Source: an uncultured archaeon (GTDB taxonomy: Archaea; Thermoproteota; Bathyarchaeia; Bathyarchaeales; Bathycorpusculaceae). Taken from it: DNA of 64,000 nucleotides. The translations under genes were made by a program, and so were the position numbers. The notes below the pieces were generated by a model. It saw only the letters and a list, made by a program, of their open reading frames with translations. It did no database searches and was not told where the DNA came from. The stretch is from NCBI GenBank assembly GCA_963810275.1, contig CAWENF010000014.1, forward strand, positions 1 to 64,000. Reading direction: 5' to 3'. Below are positions 20,279 through 30,870 of this stretch, one piece after another (position 1 is the stretch's first letter; each line of letters starts with the position of its first letter).

Positions 20279-21892
20279 TCAAGGAAGCTGTTCCTGTGTT
20301 TTAGCATCTGTGTCTGAATCAGAGTCTTCTACCTCGGTACTGGCTTCTTTTTCTTTAGCTTCGTTTTTGTCTTCTTCTTCCTCAACGTTCTTTTCTTTAT
20401 CTGCATCTTTCTCCTGCTGCTTTCCCATAGCCTGAATCTTGGCTACAACGGATTGGTGATTGTTTCTGCGTCTCTCTCGCACTCTTGAAAGAGCAACAAG
20501 GAAAACCATGATTTCGACACGACCCAAAATCATTAGCAACATAAACATCCACTTCAACTCCAAGGGTAAAGTGGGCCCAACTACCCCCGCGCTTAAGCCT
20601 GTGGTGGCAACTGCGGAGGTGCAGTCAAATATAGCGTTTACTGGTTTGTAGCCGTAGTAGCTGACTATAAAGGATGAGATAAAGATTGCAACAGCTGTGA
20701 GGAAAATCATGGTTGTCGCTTGCATGACTTCTGAATATGTATATTTTTTGTTCAGGAGACTGATTTTGCTGTTTTTGGTGTCTTTTCCTACAATTGTGAA
20801 TGCAACAGTTTGGGGAATGCTTTTGATTACAAGTAGGAAGCGGTAGAGTTTAATACCGCCTGCAGTTGAAAAACTTGCTCCACCAATGAACATTAGCAGA
20901 ACCAAGAAAAGTTTAACGGAGTCGTTTAAGCCGGCTATGGCAACGTAGCTAAATCCGCTGGTTGACATGGCACTAATCACGTGAAAACCAGCCAAGTAAG
21001 TATCGTATCTGAAGAAGAAAGTCAACACGCCCGTGGCGATGACAACCATCACCAGAAAAACAGTGGTTTCAGAGTTGATGAACTCCCTGATTTTACGCCG
21101 GTATAGTGTTGCTAGAACTAGGAAGTTGGATGCGCCGAAAACCATACAGAAGGGCACAATTATGTTTAGAGGAGGCTGGCTGATTAGGGGAGTTAAGTCG
21201 TTGACAGGGGAGAAGCCGCCCGTGCTCATAGCTGCGAAAATTACAGAAGCTAAATTTATCAGGTCGTGAAAACCCCCAACGTAGCCGAGTACAACCATTA
21301 TGATTGTGACCGCACAATAAACGGCAATAATGAACAGAAAAGTTCGTTTAATTTTATGGTTAGTTTTGGTTATACCCATGCTTTTGGCGAATTCACGTAG
21401 CTTAGCTTCCGGATAAAAGAAAGCCAGCAACACCACAACAATACCAATGCCACCGATGAATTCTGTAAGTCCCCTGTAGAGGATGATTGATTGCGGCAAT
21501 ACAGACAAGTCGGGTACAACAGAGAAACCAGTACTTGTGTATCCCGAGACAGATTCGAATAAGCCATCGGTTAGATGCTGCAGGAACGTGCCGTCAGAGA
21601 AGCCGATGTAGAGGTAGGGGATGGAACCTATGACACTTAACAACACGAAAACCAACACGATAAGTGCACAGGACTGCTTAAACGACATATCTCTTCTTTC
21701 ACACATAGAGTTAGTAAGGAAACCCAAGACTAGAAAGCAGGTGGCGGTCATAAAAAGCGCCAATGCAGCCTCGGTTTCGCCTAAAATGAAAGATACCACT
21801 ATGGGGACTAAAATGAATACCCCTGAGATTTGAAGTATAAACCCCATATTAGCAAGTAGGACAGCCAAGGCATTCTTCATTTGGCTATTCAT
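20279..21892 (-). CDS. trkH: TrkH potassium uptake permease
   Basis: Pore-loop motifs FESVSGYTSTG, MSTGGFS, FIGGASFSTAGGIK, SAVATTGLSAG and GRVEI. Confidence 0.95.
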   Translation of the reverse strand: MNSQMKNALAVLLANMGFILQISGVFILVPIVVSFILGETEAALALFMTATCFLVLGFLTNSMCERRDMSFKQSCALIVLVFVLLSVIGSIPYLYIGFSDGTFLQHLTDGLFESVSGYTSTGFSVVPDLSVLPQSIILYRGLTEFIGGIGIVVVLLAFFYPEAKLREFAKSMGITKTNHKIKRTFLFIIAVYCAVTIIMVVLGYVGGFHDLINLASVIFAAMSTGGFSPVNDLTPLISQPPLNIIVPFCMVFGASNFLVLATLYRRKIREFINSETTVFLVMVVIATGVLTFFFRYDTYLAGFHVISAMSTSGFSYVAIAGLNDSVKLFLVLLMFIGGASFSTAGGIKLYRFLLVIKSIPQTVAFTIVGKDTKNSKISLLNKKYTYSEVMQATTMIFLTAVAIFISSFIVSYYGYKPVNAIFDCTSAVATTGLSAGVVGPTLPLELKWMFMLLMILGRVEIMVFLVALSRVRERRRNNHQSVVAKIQAMGKQQEKDADKEKNVEEEEDKNEAKEKEASTEVEDSDSDTDAKTQEQLP

Positions 21893-22055
21893 AAAATTCG
21901 ACTGTCAATTAATGTCTTTCCTAAATACAGGTCTAAAAGCGTCAATATTAGCACTGAAAAACTGCATTCAAGCGCATTTTGTCCCTTAAAGGTGTGTTTT
22001 ATGGAACCCTATACGACTCCACCGCAATTACTCCTCAAAAAAGAATAATTTTGAT

Positions 22056-24023
22056 TTAGACAAATATCGTGAGCAACCGATATGCTAACCCACCCGCCAG
22101 TAAGGCGACAATTATGTTGGCGGCGGTTATGACCGCTGTTGCTTTCCACCCGAACTCTTTTCCCAAAATTGCCATAGTAGAGACACATGGAATATAGAGC
22201 ATTGCAACCAATGCCATCACGACTAACTGAATAGCTGTGAAGCCTCCAGGCTGCACCATTAAGTTGGTTGTGCCAATTATTGCAACTGCGCCAACTATGA
22301 TAAGTTCTTTGCGAATTGTACCCAAGATCAATAGCACTCCTGACATGACTGGTAACCCAAGCCACCATACCGTCAGGGGAGCCATGGCGTCACTTATGGG
22401 CGTCAGCACATCGAGTGCAAACAGCACCTGAATCAGTGCACTACCAACGATGTATATGGGAAACACCACATAGATGAGGGATTTAGTGCGTGCCCAAGTC
22501 TGCTTTAACACAACATTTGCTGAGGGGCGCTTAAAGCTGCTCATCTCCATAATTAGTCCAGTGGATTTGCCAGGCACCACTTTCATGGCTAATCGTCCAA
22601 GTGCGAAGATGATTGCTATGTCGACTACATAGAGGAGTAACGCCCACTGGATGCCTACGAAGAGGCCAACCATGCCAAAGAGGACTATGGTTCGAGCGGA
22701 GCAGGGTGCAAATGTAATAGCGAATGCTGCTAGTAGACGTTCGCGGCGGGTTTCCATGATTTTGCAACTGTGAATCGCCGGTACACTACAGCCAAAGCCA
22801 AGTATGATTGGGATTAGGGCTTTACCATGTAGGCCCATCTTGTGCATAGCGCTATCCATCATGAAGGCAACGCGGGTTAGTAGCCCTGAGTCTTCGATGG
22901 CGGCTAGTAGGAGATAGAATGGGATGACGAAGGGAATGATTAAGGTTAAGCCCGCAGCGATACCGCCCCAGAGACCGTTTAGGATGATACTTAGGATGGG
23001 CTGGGTCGTTGACAATGCAGGATCGATAGGGTTAATCAGATTTAACCCATCTGAAATCACTCCGGAAAGCGCGTTACCAACAAAGAAAGTCCAAAGCAAC
23101 AATCCAGCAATGACGGCTGCACTAGTGAAGTAACCCCAAATATGGTGAGTAGTTAACCAGTCCAGCTTATCGCTGGTGCTGTCCCAAACCTCATCCTGCT
23201 GCAACGCTGAAGCAGCAATGGAGCTTGCCAAGGCATAGCGTTCCTGGGCAATTATGGAGAAGCATTTTTCTTCAAGACATGTTTGAAGATCCGTCGAGAT
23301 CTCCTTTACAGCATCAATAACAGCTTTGGATTTGGCTATAACTATCTTTGTGATTTCGCTGTCGCCCTCCAGCAGCTTAATCGCCACCCACCGAGACGGA
23401 TACTGCAAGTCAACTTTCTCTTTTTCAAGAATACGTTGGAGCTTCTCGATTTTTTCTTCTACGTCTTTGTGGTAGCTTAAGTGCTTGGTTTTGGGTTTTT
23501 CATTTGCGATTCGAACGACTTCACCCATGAGTTCATAGATGCCTTCACCGCGTGTGGCTATGGCAAATACAACTGGGACGCCTAATTCGTTTTGGAGTTT
23601 TTCTTTGTCTATGATTATGCCTTTCTTTTTTGCTTCATCAATTTGGTTCAGGCAGAGAATTAGTGGAACGCCCATTTCCATAAGTTGCATAGTGAAAAAC
23701 AAGTTGCGCTCCAGAATTGATGCATCCAATACGTTGATAACTACATCGGGTTTCTCTAGTGCAATGTAGTCTCGGGAAACGATCTCCTCAATGGAAAACG
23801 TGGAGAAAGAGTAAATCCCCGGCAAGTCAATGACTGTTATGTCGTAGCCTTCAAATCGCAGGGAGCCTTCGGCGCGGTCAACGGTTTTGCCAGGCCAATT
23901 ACCTATAAGTTGGTCAGAGCCAGTGAGCTGGTTGAAGATGACGCTTTTGCCCACGTTTGCGTTACCAGCTAACGCTAAAGTGATGTGTTTGCAGTTAGCT
24001 GGGTTTTCTCGATTTGAACTCAC
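22056..24023 (-). CDS. feoB: Ferrous iron transporter FeoB
   Basis: GNANVGKS, GNWPGKTVD, DLPGIYS, GFGCSVPA, PCSAR and YIPC. Start reassigned to GTG 24023, which follows a GGTGA RBS. Confidence 0.96.
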   Translation of the reverse strand: MSSNRENPANCKHITLALAGNANVGKSVIFNQLTGSDQLIGNWPGKTVDRAEGSLRFEGYDITVIDLPGIYSFSTFSIEEIVSRDYIALEKPDVVINVLDASILERNLFFTMQLMEMGVPLILCLNQIDEAKKKGIIIDKEKLQNELGVPVVFAIATRGEGIYELMGEVVRIANEKPKTKHLSYHKDVEEKIEKLQRILEKEKVDLQYPSRWVAIKLLEGDSEITKIVIAKSKAVIDAVKEISTDLQTCLEEKCFSIIAQERYALASSIAASALQQDEVWDSTSDKLDWLTTHHIWGYFTSAAVIAGLLLWTFFVGNALSGVISDGLNLINPIDPALSTTQPILSIILNGLWGGIAAGLTLIIPFVIPFYLLLAAIEDSGLLTRVAFMMDSAMHKMGLHGKALIPIILGFGCSVPAIHSCKIMETRRERLLAAFAITFAPCSARTIVLFGMVGLFVGIQWALLLYVVDIAIIFALGRLAMKVVPGKSTGLIMEMSSFKRPSANVVLKQTWARTKSLIYVVFPIYIVGSALIQVLFALDVLTPISDAMAPLTVWWLGLPVMSGVLLILGTIRKELIIVGAVAIIGTTNLMVQPGGFTAIQLVVMALVAMLYIPCVSTMAILGKEFGWKATAVITAANIIVALLAGGLAYRLLTIFV

Positions 24024-24033
24024 CTGAGTCACC

Positions 24034-24759
24034 TTATAATTTTTCTTTTGGGATAGGCTCAACGAATACTTTGGATGCGATGCCGCGGCCGATGGCGAGT
24101 TTAGAGCCTCGAACCGAGACCTCGATGGGTCCCTCAAAAGGCGCCGCTTTGACTAAGGTGACTTTTGTGCTGGGTGTTAAACCCAGGTCTAGGAGGCGTT
24201 GTAACACCGTGTGTCCTCCTCGAATGAACTGAATTTTTCCTGATTGCCCTGATTTGAGTTCGCTTAGTGCGAGAAGGTTTTCTTTGCGTTTGCCTACTTC
24301 TTCAAGCCCTTGCGCATGGAGTTTCATGCATTCTTCGCAGCTGGTGAAGGGCAACTCGCAGGCAGGTATGGTTTTTCCGTCGTCGCTGCATCGGTCTGGG
24401 TGTTTTAGGAGTCGGCAGAGAGATTCTTCGGCTTCGTCGGAGAGGGCGTGTTCCATTTCACAGGCTTGGGTGTGAACTTTGTCTTTGCCGATGTGTAATA
24501 CATCGGATAGGAAGGTTTCTAAGAGTCGGTGTTTTCGCGTGATTTTTTTGGCTTCTAGGAGGCCTTTTTCGGTGAGGGTACTGCCGTGGTAGGGACTGTG
24601 TTGTATGTAGTTTTGTTCGGCGAGTTTTTTGAGCATCTCAGTTACGCTTGCGGGGGCTACTTTTAGTTTTTGGGCTATGGCGTTGTTGGTGACGAGGTTG
24701 CCGTTTTTGGTTAGGCTGTAGATGGTTTTGAGGTAGTCTTGAGTTGTTTTTTGTTCCAT
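24034..24759 (-). CDS. DtxR/MntR-family metal-dependent repressor with C-terminal FeoA domain
   Basis: DYLKTIY, HTH PASVTEMLKKL, RKHRLLETFL and ACEMEH, followed by a FeoA domain RLLDLGLTP...APFEGPI. Confidence 0.95.
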   Translation of the reverse strand: MEQKTTQDYLKTIYSLTKNGNLVTNNAIAQKLKVAPASVTEMLKKLAEQNYIQHSPYHGSTLTEKGLLEAKKITRKHRLLETFLSDVLHIGKDKVHTQACEMEHALSDEAEESLCRLLKHPDRCSDDGKTIPACELPFTSCEECMKLHAQGLEEVGKRKENLLALSELKSGQSGKIQFIRGGHTVLQRLLDLGLTPSTKVTLVKAAPFEGPIEVSVRGSKLAIGRGIASKVFVEPIPKEKL

Positions 24760-24773
24760 TTTCTCACCCGCTT

Positions 24774-24919
24774 TTAGACAAACCTAAAAAAGTTAGATAA
24801 ATCTAATAAAGATTTAGGTTAACCTAAAAAATACTGGCATCTAAAGTAGACTATTAACAATCTGAAAAAATAAACATGTTTTTTACGCATTTTAACTAAA
24901 AAACTTTAGGTCAAACCAA
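24774..24919. promoter_or_regulatory. Array of DtxR/IdeR-type operator palindromes
   Basis: TTAGACAAACCTAA (24774), TTAGATAAATCTAA (24793), perfect TTTAGGTTAACCTAAA (24813) and weaker TTAGGTCAAACCAA (24906), all upstream of the repressor-feoB operon. Confidence 0.85.
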
Positions 24920-24997
24920 ACACTCGACAGCAGTTAATATACTACCAGGTGGCGCAAGTACTTCAAAAAAATTGCAGAAATAGACCAAGCTTTTAAT

Positions 24998-26037
24998 CTA
25001 TCCTCTTAACAAGATTCCGGCATCGCCCACAAGGTTAACCAAGTTAATTGGCAACAGATCATAGGTATACGAATATCCCCGCACACAGGTCCTCACGCAA
25101 ACATTACATTTTTCAGCGGCTAAAACGTGATCCAAATAGACTTTGCTTGAAAAATAATCCTTAAAGGACCCATGTTTAAGGTCATAGGTGTGGTCGTACA
25201 GACAGCTGAAAATTTTCTTATCCGCAGAAACATAAACAAACATCCTTGGAAACCTGCACACCCAAACTCTACCTTCAACAAAATGCTTCAATACATATTG
25301 GGTCTCCATCAAAGGAAAACCGGCTTGCTTCAACCGTAACAATGAAAGGTAGAAACCCTGAAGTTGCCGTTTGCTTAGCCCATAATCTTGAACAGGCAAT
25401 TCCGTTCGACCATCCTCAAAACCGGAATTCACAGTCGGCTCCACCGCATTATAAGAAATACCCACATGTAAACTGCGTGCAAGCTTAGCCATGGGCTTTA
25501 TTGCATCAAAATTTAACCTGCTGATAGTAGTTACCAAAGTAACTCTTGTGTTTCCCACCTCCCTTATCCGCTTGATACCTTCGATAACTTCGTTAAATGC
25601 TCCACTCCGTCCCCTGATGAAATCATGATAATCATTAAAGTAATCCAGCGAAACAAAAGCAAAATCTAGATTTCTAAGAAATTCGGCTTTTGCCTCCAGA
25701 ACGAAGCGTTCGTATTCATAGTTGTCAGGAACCCCTTCTTCTTTGCATAATCTATGACTTTTCCGATGTCACTTCTGGTGGTGGGTTCTCCACCAAAAAG
25801 ATAGTAACCACGCATACCGAAATCGTATGCTTCATCTAAAAGCTCAAAAACTTCTCTTGTGGTCAAGTCGTCTTTTGTTTTGTGTGACATTTGCCAGTAA
25901 GTGCAGGTTTTGCATCTAGAATTACAGCTGTAAGTAATGGCGTGAGCCAAAAAAAAGGGTTTATCCGTAAACATCCTTGATTTGAGGAGTGAAAGACCTG
26001 CGTCAAGAAATCTGTCTTTAGTTTCCCTTTTTTGCAT
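24998..26037 (-). CDS. Radical SAM protein with Cys-rich C-terminal (SPASM/twitch-like) domain; frameshifted near 25700
   Basis: CNSRCKTC and FGGEP in the 5' ORF. Continues as VSLDY...HDFIRG and ends with CNVCVRTC in the 3' ORF. Confidence 0.85.
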
Positions 26038-26047
26038 GAATTTTTTC

Positions 26048-27121
26048 TTAATGATTTACGTCTCCAAGTTTGTAGCTTTGCCTTCTGAACAAGTGCAGGT
26101 AAAAATTGGGGTTGGAAACAAGCTCTTCTTGAGCTACACGCAGAAACGTTCCCCTAGAAGCCAGAGAAGCCTCTTTAAAACAGTTGATAAGGCAAAACTT
26201 GTTGTCACATAGCGAAACATCATCTATATGCAGGTTTCCAAGATTTTGCTGTTCCCTAAGATTGCAGATTTTTTCATGCTTATAGCAAGGGAAAACGTTT
26301 AGATTACAGTCAACTGCGATTATATTTTTGCCAGCTCTACAAGGGTACTTCATCGGTAAGCCGTTATGAGCCCTCAATACGTCTCTTAGATAGCAGGAAG
26401 CGGTAATAACATCTGCAGCCGTTGAGCTTCATCTGAAGAATTTTATTAACCATATCACGAAGATTTTGTTGGGTTTGATATTCTGTTTTGGATAACTCTC
26501 CGCCAACAGTAAACGTACTTTTACTGGAAGATACGTAAGGATAAGATAACGCAAAGGAGACGTTCAATTCCTCGTTGACATACTGAACAACCTGTTCCAC
26601 GGTCTCCACTGTCCAAACTGGGGTTAAGAAAAGTAATCGCGTAAAGTTTTATGCCATAAGCCTTTGCGGTATTATAATTGTTTCTTTAGCTTGTTTTGAT
26701 ATTCCAGCAACATGTTTTGCATCATCCCATAGACACTTCATTATAGTGATCAACAGAAATTGATAAAATATCTAAATTTTGACTTAACTTCTCCAAGGAC
26801 ACCTTTAGAAATCGTGCCGTTCGTCGTTAACGTAGTTATCATGCCTTTTTTCTTGGCGTATTCAACTACGTCAGGCAAATACGGATACAGGCTGGTCTCG
26901 CCACCTGTAAAATAGATAACAGAAAAACCGTTTTTTGACAGCACATCTATGGCAAATTTTGCATCTTCTAACTTCATGTCGTAGGGCGTTTCAGCCCAAA
27001 TGTTGCACCTGTCCAAGCATTTTGCATTACATCTAGTTGTGACTTGGAACAGGGCAAATTTCAGTTCGCCTTTGGTTCTTACCAACCGAAATATTGTATT
27101 TATCAAGGTCTGAAAATTCAA
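26048..27121 (-). CDS. Radical SAM protein with Cys-rich C-terminus; several frameshifts (about 26410-26790)
   Basis: CNAKCLDRC, FTGGE, TTNG and ISVDH, with C-terminal YPCRAG...VFPC...CDNKFCLINC spread over several frames. Confidence 0.8.
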
Positions 27122-27194
27122 AAAAAACGCCTCTTGTTTTCTTTTAAGAGAAAACAGAAAAACAGTTCTTATGCTAAAATGGGGGTTTGAAACG

Positions 27195-27271
27195 TGGAGC
27201 CTCGAGCGGGCTTTGATCCCGCGGCCTGCTGCTTACGAGGCAGCCGCTCTACCAGGCTGAGCCATCGGGGC
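27195..27271 (-). tRNA. tRNA-Thr(CGU), CCA encoded, atypical T-loop
   Basis: Anticodon arm GCTGC-CT CGT AA-GCAGC and T-arm GCGGG-ATCAAAG-CCCGC. One C-A mismatch in the acceptor stem. Confidence 0.9.
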
Positions 27272-27332
27272 ATCACAGTGGCATATCAATGAAACACGAA
27301 TTTTTAAATCTTCACAAACTAACACAGTTAAC

Positions 27333-28346
27333 ATGGGAAAGCGCTACATAAAAAGGAATGCGGATTTGGGTGAACATAAAATAATCCAGCTTATCCAGAG
27401 TCGCTTAACCCCCATGCCAGACATAGCGATAGGGTTTGGCGACGACGTTTCAGCAATAAACGTCAACAGCAGCCAAGTTGCCGTGCTTAAAACTGACATG
27501 CTTGTCGCAGAAACCGACGTGCCCCAAACAATGAGCCTATACCAAACCGCGCGAAAAGCCATCGTCATGAACGTAAGTGACTTTGCTTCCAAAGGCGTCC
27601 GACCGCAGGCGGCGCTAGTTGCTTTGGGGTTGCCCCGAGGCGTCAGTAAACATGACGTGGAAGAAATCGTTGGGGGCTTAGACGACGCAGCAAGAGAATA
27701 CGGTGCCTTCGTTGTGGGCGGAGACACCAACGAAGCATCAGACCTCACCATCTCGGTTATGCTGTATGGAGTTGCAGAAAAAAACAAGCTGATGCTTCGA
27801 GGGGGCGCCAAAGCAGGCGACATATTGGCAGTGACAGGAGAATTCGGGAACCCAACGGCGGGACTTTATGCATTACTGCATGGGTTGAAAGCGCCAGGGA
27901 TGGTTGTAGGCGAGAGACTGCTGGAAGCTATCTTTTTGCCCAAAGCGCGACTATCTGAAGGGCTGGCGCTCGCAAAGGTTGGGGCAGTTGGGGCGTCTAT
28001 GGATTCAAGCGACGGCTTAGCATCAAGCATCCACGAGTTGGCTCGTCAAAGCGGCGTCGGTTTCGCAGTGGACAGAACACCATTGGCAAAGGATGCATCG
28101 GGGTTTGCCAGAACCAATGGGTTGGACCCGTTTGATTTGGCGTTTTACGGCGGCGAAGAATACGAGTTAGTGCTTACGATTAAGCCTGAAAAGTGGAGCC
28201 AAGCAGAAGAGGCGATCAAAGCTGCGGGCGGGCAACTCCTACCGATTGGCAAAGCCACAAAAAACTCTAAAATCTTCTTTGAATCCGCTGGTATAAAACG
28301 TAAGATTGAGGCGCGGGGTTGGGAGCACTTCAAAAGCAAAGTTTAG
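27333..28346 (+). CDS. thiL: Thiamine-monophosphate kinase
   Basis: GEHKII, GDDV, KTDMLV, NVSDFASKG, GGDT, MDSSDGL, GGEEYEL and GWEHF. Confidence 0.95.
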   Translation: MGKRYIKRNADLGEHKIIQLIQSRLTPMPDIAIGFGDDVSAINVNSSQVAVLKTDMLVAETDVPQTMSLYQTARKAIVMNVSDFASKGVRPQAALVALGLPRGVSKHDVEEIVGGLDDAAREYGAFVVGGDTNEASDLTISVMLYGVAEKNKLMLRGGAKAGDILAVTGEFGNPTAGLYALLHGLKAPGMVVGERLLEAIFLPKARLSEGLALAKVGAVGASMDSSDGLASSIHELARQSGVGFAVDRTPLAKDASGFARTNGLDPFDLAFYGGEEYELVLTIKPEKWSQAEEAIKAAGGQLLPIGKATKNSKIFFESAGIKRKIEARGWEHFKSKV

Positions 28347-28908
28347 GTTGACGGTCCAATGTGTAATTAATGACTGTTATGCATGCCTTGGCGAGATACG
28401 GTGTCTTGCCGAGGCTTATTTTTTCCCCAAACCGCAAAACAAAACTCTCCACACGTTTAGGCAGCCCAACATGGTCACCCAACACAAAAAGGCTATTCTC
28501 TGCAAACTCCACATTGGAAATATCCTTACCGCCTTCCTCAAGAACATACACTGGCTGGGTTTGGGCTCTTGCTTTAAGTAATGTTTCAAACGAGGTTTTG
28601 TCTTTAGTTATGCCTGGATGAGTTTTGCCGGCGAGGACTTTTTTGAGGATTTGCTGCCAAGTTTCCATGTCGGTGCGGACGTCGTAGAGGGTTTCGCCGT
28701 TGATCTGAATATGAATGGGCGGGTTAGGGGCACCGTTTAGCACAGCGTGGAAAGATACGTCCCTACGGATACCATGGCTGAGGAATAAACTACTAACAAT
28801 ACATTCGTGCACTATGTCTAGGCGACCTGCGCCATGTAGACTTGTAAAGTTGTGGTCGGTTTTTCCCATGCGTGAGAACAGAATGAATTCGCGAGGCAAA
28901 GCTATCAC
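28330..28908 (-). CDS. trmY: tRNA (pseudouridine54-N1)-methyltransferase, SPOUT fold
   Basis: GRLDIV...LFLSHGIRRDV, LEEGGKDI, FVLGDHVG and ISLGKTPY. Confidence 0.9.
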   Translation of the reverse strand: MIALPREFILFSRMGKTDHNFTSLHGAGRLDIVHECIVSSLFLSHGIRRDVSFHAVLNGAPNPPIHIQINGETLYDVRTDMETWQQILKKVLAGKTHPGITKDKTSFETLLKARAQTQPVYVLEEGGKDISNVEFAENSLFVLGDHVGLPKRVESFVLRFGEKISLGKTPYLAKACITVINYTLDRQPKLCF

Positions 28909-28949
28909 TGCTTTAGGGTATATGGAGGTGCTTTAAAGCCCTTCCCCGT

Positions 28950-29300
28950 TTATGCTGCTAAAAGTAAAACCCAGATGTTGTTTGTAACCACAACAATGAG
29001 GAAACAAATGATACCAACGTATGCTGCTCTTAGGGTGTTGTGGGCTATTCTAAATGACATGTCTTTGATGCCAGCGTTTTTAAGCAATATTTTCTCGAGT
29101 AACACAAAAGTTACAGCGACGAAGACAGTTACTGCAAGCTTAACAACAACAAAGTAGGATAGGTTGGTAGCTAATAAACCAGAAATGAAGGGGTTTAGTT
29201 CCTTAGTGCCAAAATACATTGTGCCCACAACTGTAGTTAAACAATCCAGTGTACCCATTAAAATCAAAATTAGGCTTCCGTAGTAACGTATTACAAACAA
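28950..29300 (-). CDS. Small membrane protein, DUF5658-like
   Basis: LDCLTT...ELNP...KL motif with hydrophobic helices. Confidence 0.75.
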   Translation of the reverse strand: MFVIRYYGSLILILMGTLDCLTTVVGTMYFGTKELNPFISGLLATNLSYFVVVKLAVTVFVAVTFVLLEKILLKNAGIKDMSFRIAHNTLRAAYVGIICFLIVVVTNNIWVLLLAA

Positions 29301-30229
29301 AAATGCGGCTTCCCTTCTTTAAAAGCAGACTATCAACACACGGCTACAAACGTGAGACCCCAACAAGTTGGCAATCTGATGCAAGGAACCAGATAACTTA
29401 GCTTGCAGCCGAGGTTGCTTTACTTGTCCGCAACTTTGGATACACAATGTATGTTTTTATATGTTAACTAGCCTGAGTGGACCACAAAAAACTAATGGAT
29501 AGAATCGACTAAAGGAGAATCCGCTTCACAATCCACCACGAGTTGCTGCAGAATTTGTACAATGAAAATGCGCAGAACGTTGCCGTAGATGTCCACGCAA
29601 ACAGGTTGACGGAGGCACCTCTGAATAGGAGTCTTTCCACATCGTCTAAATTGAATTGTTCAGCTTAGCTTCTTCTTACTGTTGCGAGATAAAATCGCAT
29701 ACTCAGCCAAAAAGTCTTTAATCAAGTCTACAACGAAGGGGTTGTTTGTTAAGGGTGACTAGCCTACACATGATTTGATTTTAGTATGTAGAGTTACTTG
29801 CGAGGTAGAAATTGGGGATTACTTGTGTTCTAACTAAGACATAATTTGAATGCCGTCAGGTTGCATTCGACATCTTCGAAACTCGAGATTTATGATTTAG
29901 CTTGTTCAGTTGCGTCCAGGAAACATTAATATGGAGCCGCCCATCCAAGCTGAGACTACCATGATGAATGCAACCGCTACCAAATTTGGATGATTAACAC
30001 TACGACAGGGCTTAGAGCTTTTTTCAAGTTTCTCTTAAAATTTTAAGAATATTTTAATATTTAATTTTGCTATCTTTTTATTGCTTCGATAGCATGTTCG
30101 TATAAGAGCAACTTTTAACAATTTTGTGACTCCGAATGCAACAGCCCAGCCCACACATGTTTAACAAAAATACAAATACTTAAAAAATTTAAGAAAAACA
30201 GAAAACAAAAGTTAGAGAATTGATAGTGA

Positions 30230-30565
30230 CTAAGCGTCTAGCTCGTCGAAAAAGCCTAAAAGCAACTTGGCAACTTTCTCGCCCAACTCAGTTTTAACGT
30301 AATACTTCTTGAGCGGGTCAATTCGTTCGCTTTTAGCTAAGCCCAAAGATTCGATTTCAATCATTCTAGCTCTGAAGGTGCCATCGCTTAGTGTTAGCTC
30401 GTTATCTTTCATGAAGTCTTTAGCATCCTTCCATTTGCCGCGTCCGACATGGAGTAAAAGCAGACAGTCGATTGCATGGTCCTTCTCCAGCATCGCCTTA
30501 ATTGAAGCCATTTTTGGGTCAGTGAGCACGTGCTTAATCTTTTCTTCAGCCACATTCTTTACCAT
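30230..30565 (-). CDS. Winged-helix DNA-binding protein (putative regulator)
   Basis: LSDGTFRARMIEIESLGL...YVKTELGEKVA wHTH pattern. Start placed at ATG 30565 after AAAGGAGA. Confidence 0.7.
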   Translation of the reverse strand: MVKNVAEEKIKHVLTDPKMASIKAMLEKDHAIDCLLLLHVGRGKWKDAKDFMKDNELTLSDGTFRARMIEIESLGLAKSERIDPLKKYYVKTELGEKVAKLLLGFFDELDA

Positions 30566-30870
30566 TTGTAGGTCTCCTTTCATTTTTAATAGAGGATAGT
30601 CGTCTCGCAATATAAATTATATTACGAATTACGAAACATATCTTATTATGTCCGTTCCCTACCAAACCAATACACGTCAACTTCCTTATAAATATGCAAC
30701 CAAATGAGCGGTGTTGTACATCAATTTCCAATTATTATCTGTGCGATTACATTTGTTTAAATATTTTAATTTGAAAATTGGTGTTTAAAGTGTTTAACTT
30801 TGAGTGCAATCTTGGGTGAAGCGAAACTCTTAACTGCCCGCCGGTCTCCATCCAATCTCAAGGTGCTCCT

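Noticed and set aside
24024-24137. Extended FeoB N-terminus in the ORF track
   Set aside because: It overlaps the repressor gene. GTG 24023 has a GGTGA RBS and sits just before the G1 motif.
29301-30229. Long intergenic gap, checked for CRISPR repeats, sRNA and small ORFs
   Set aside because: No repeats, convincing stems or ORFs with an RBS were found by eye.
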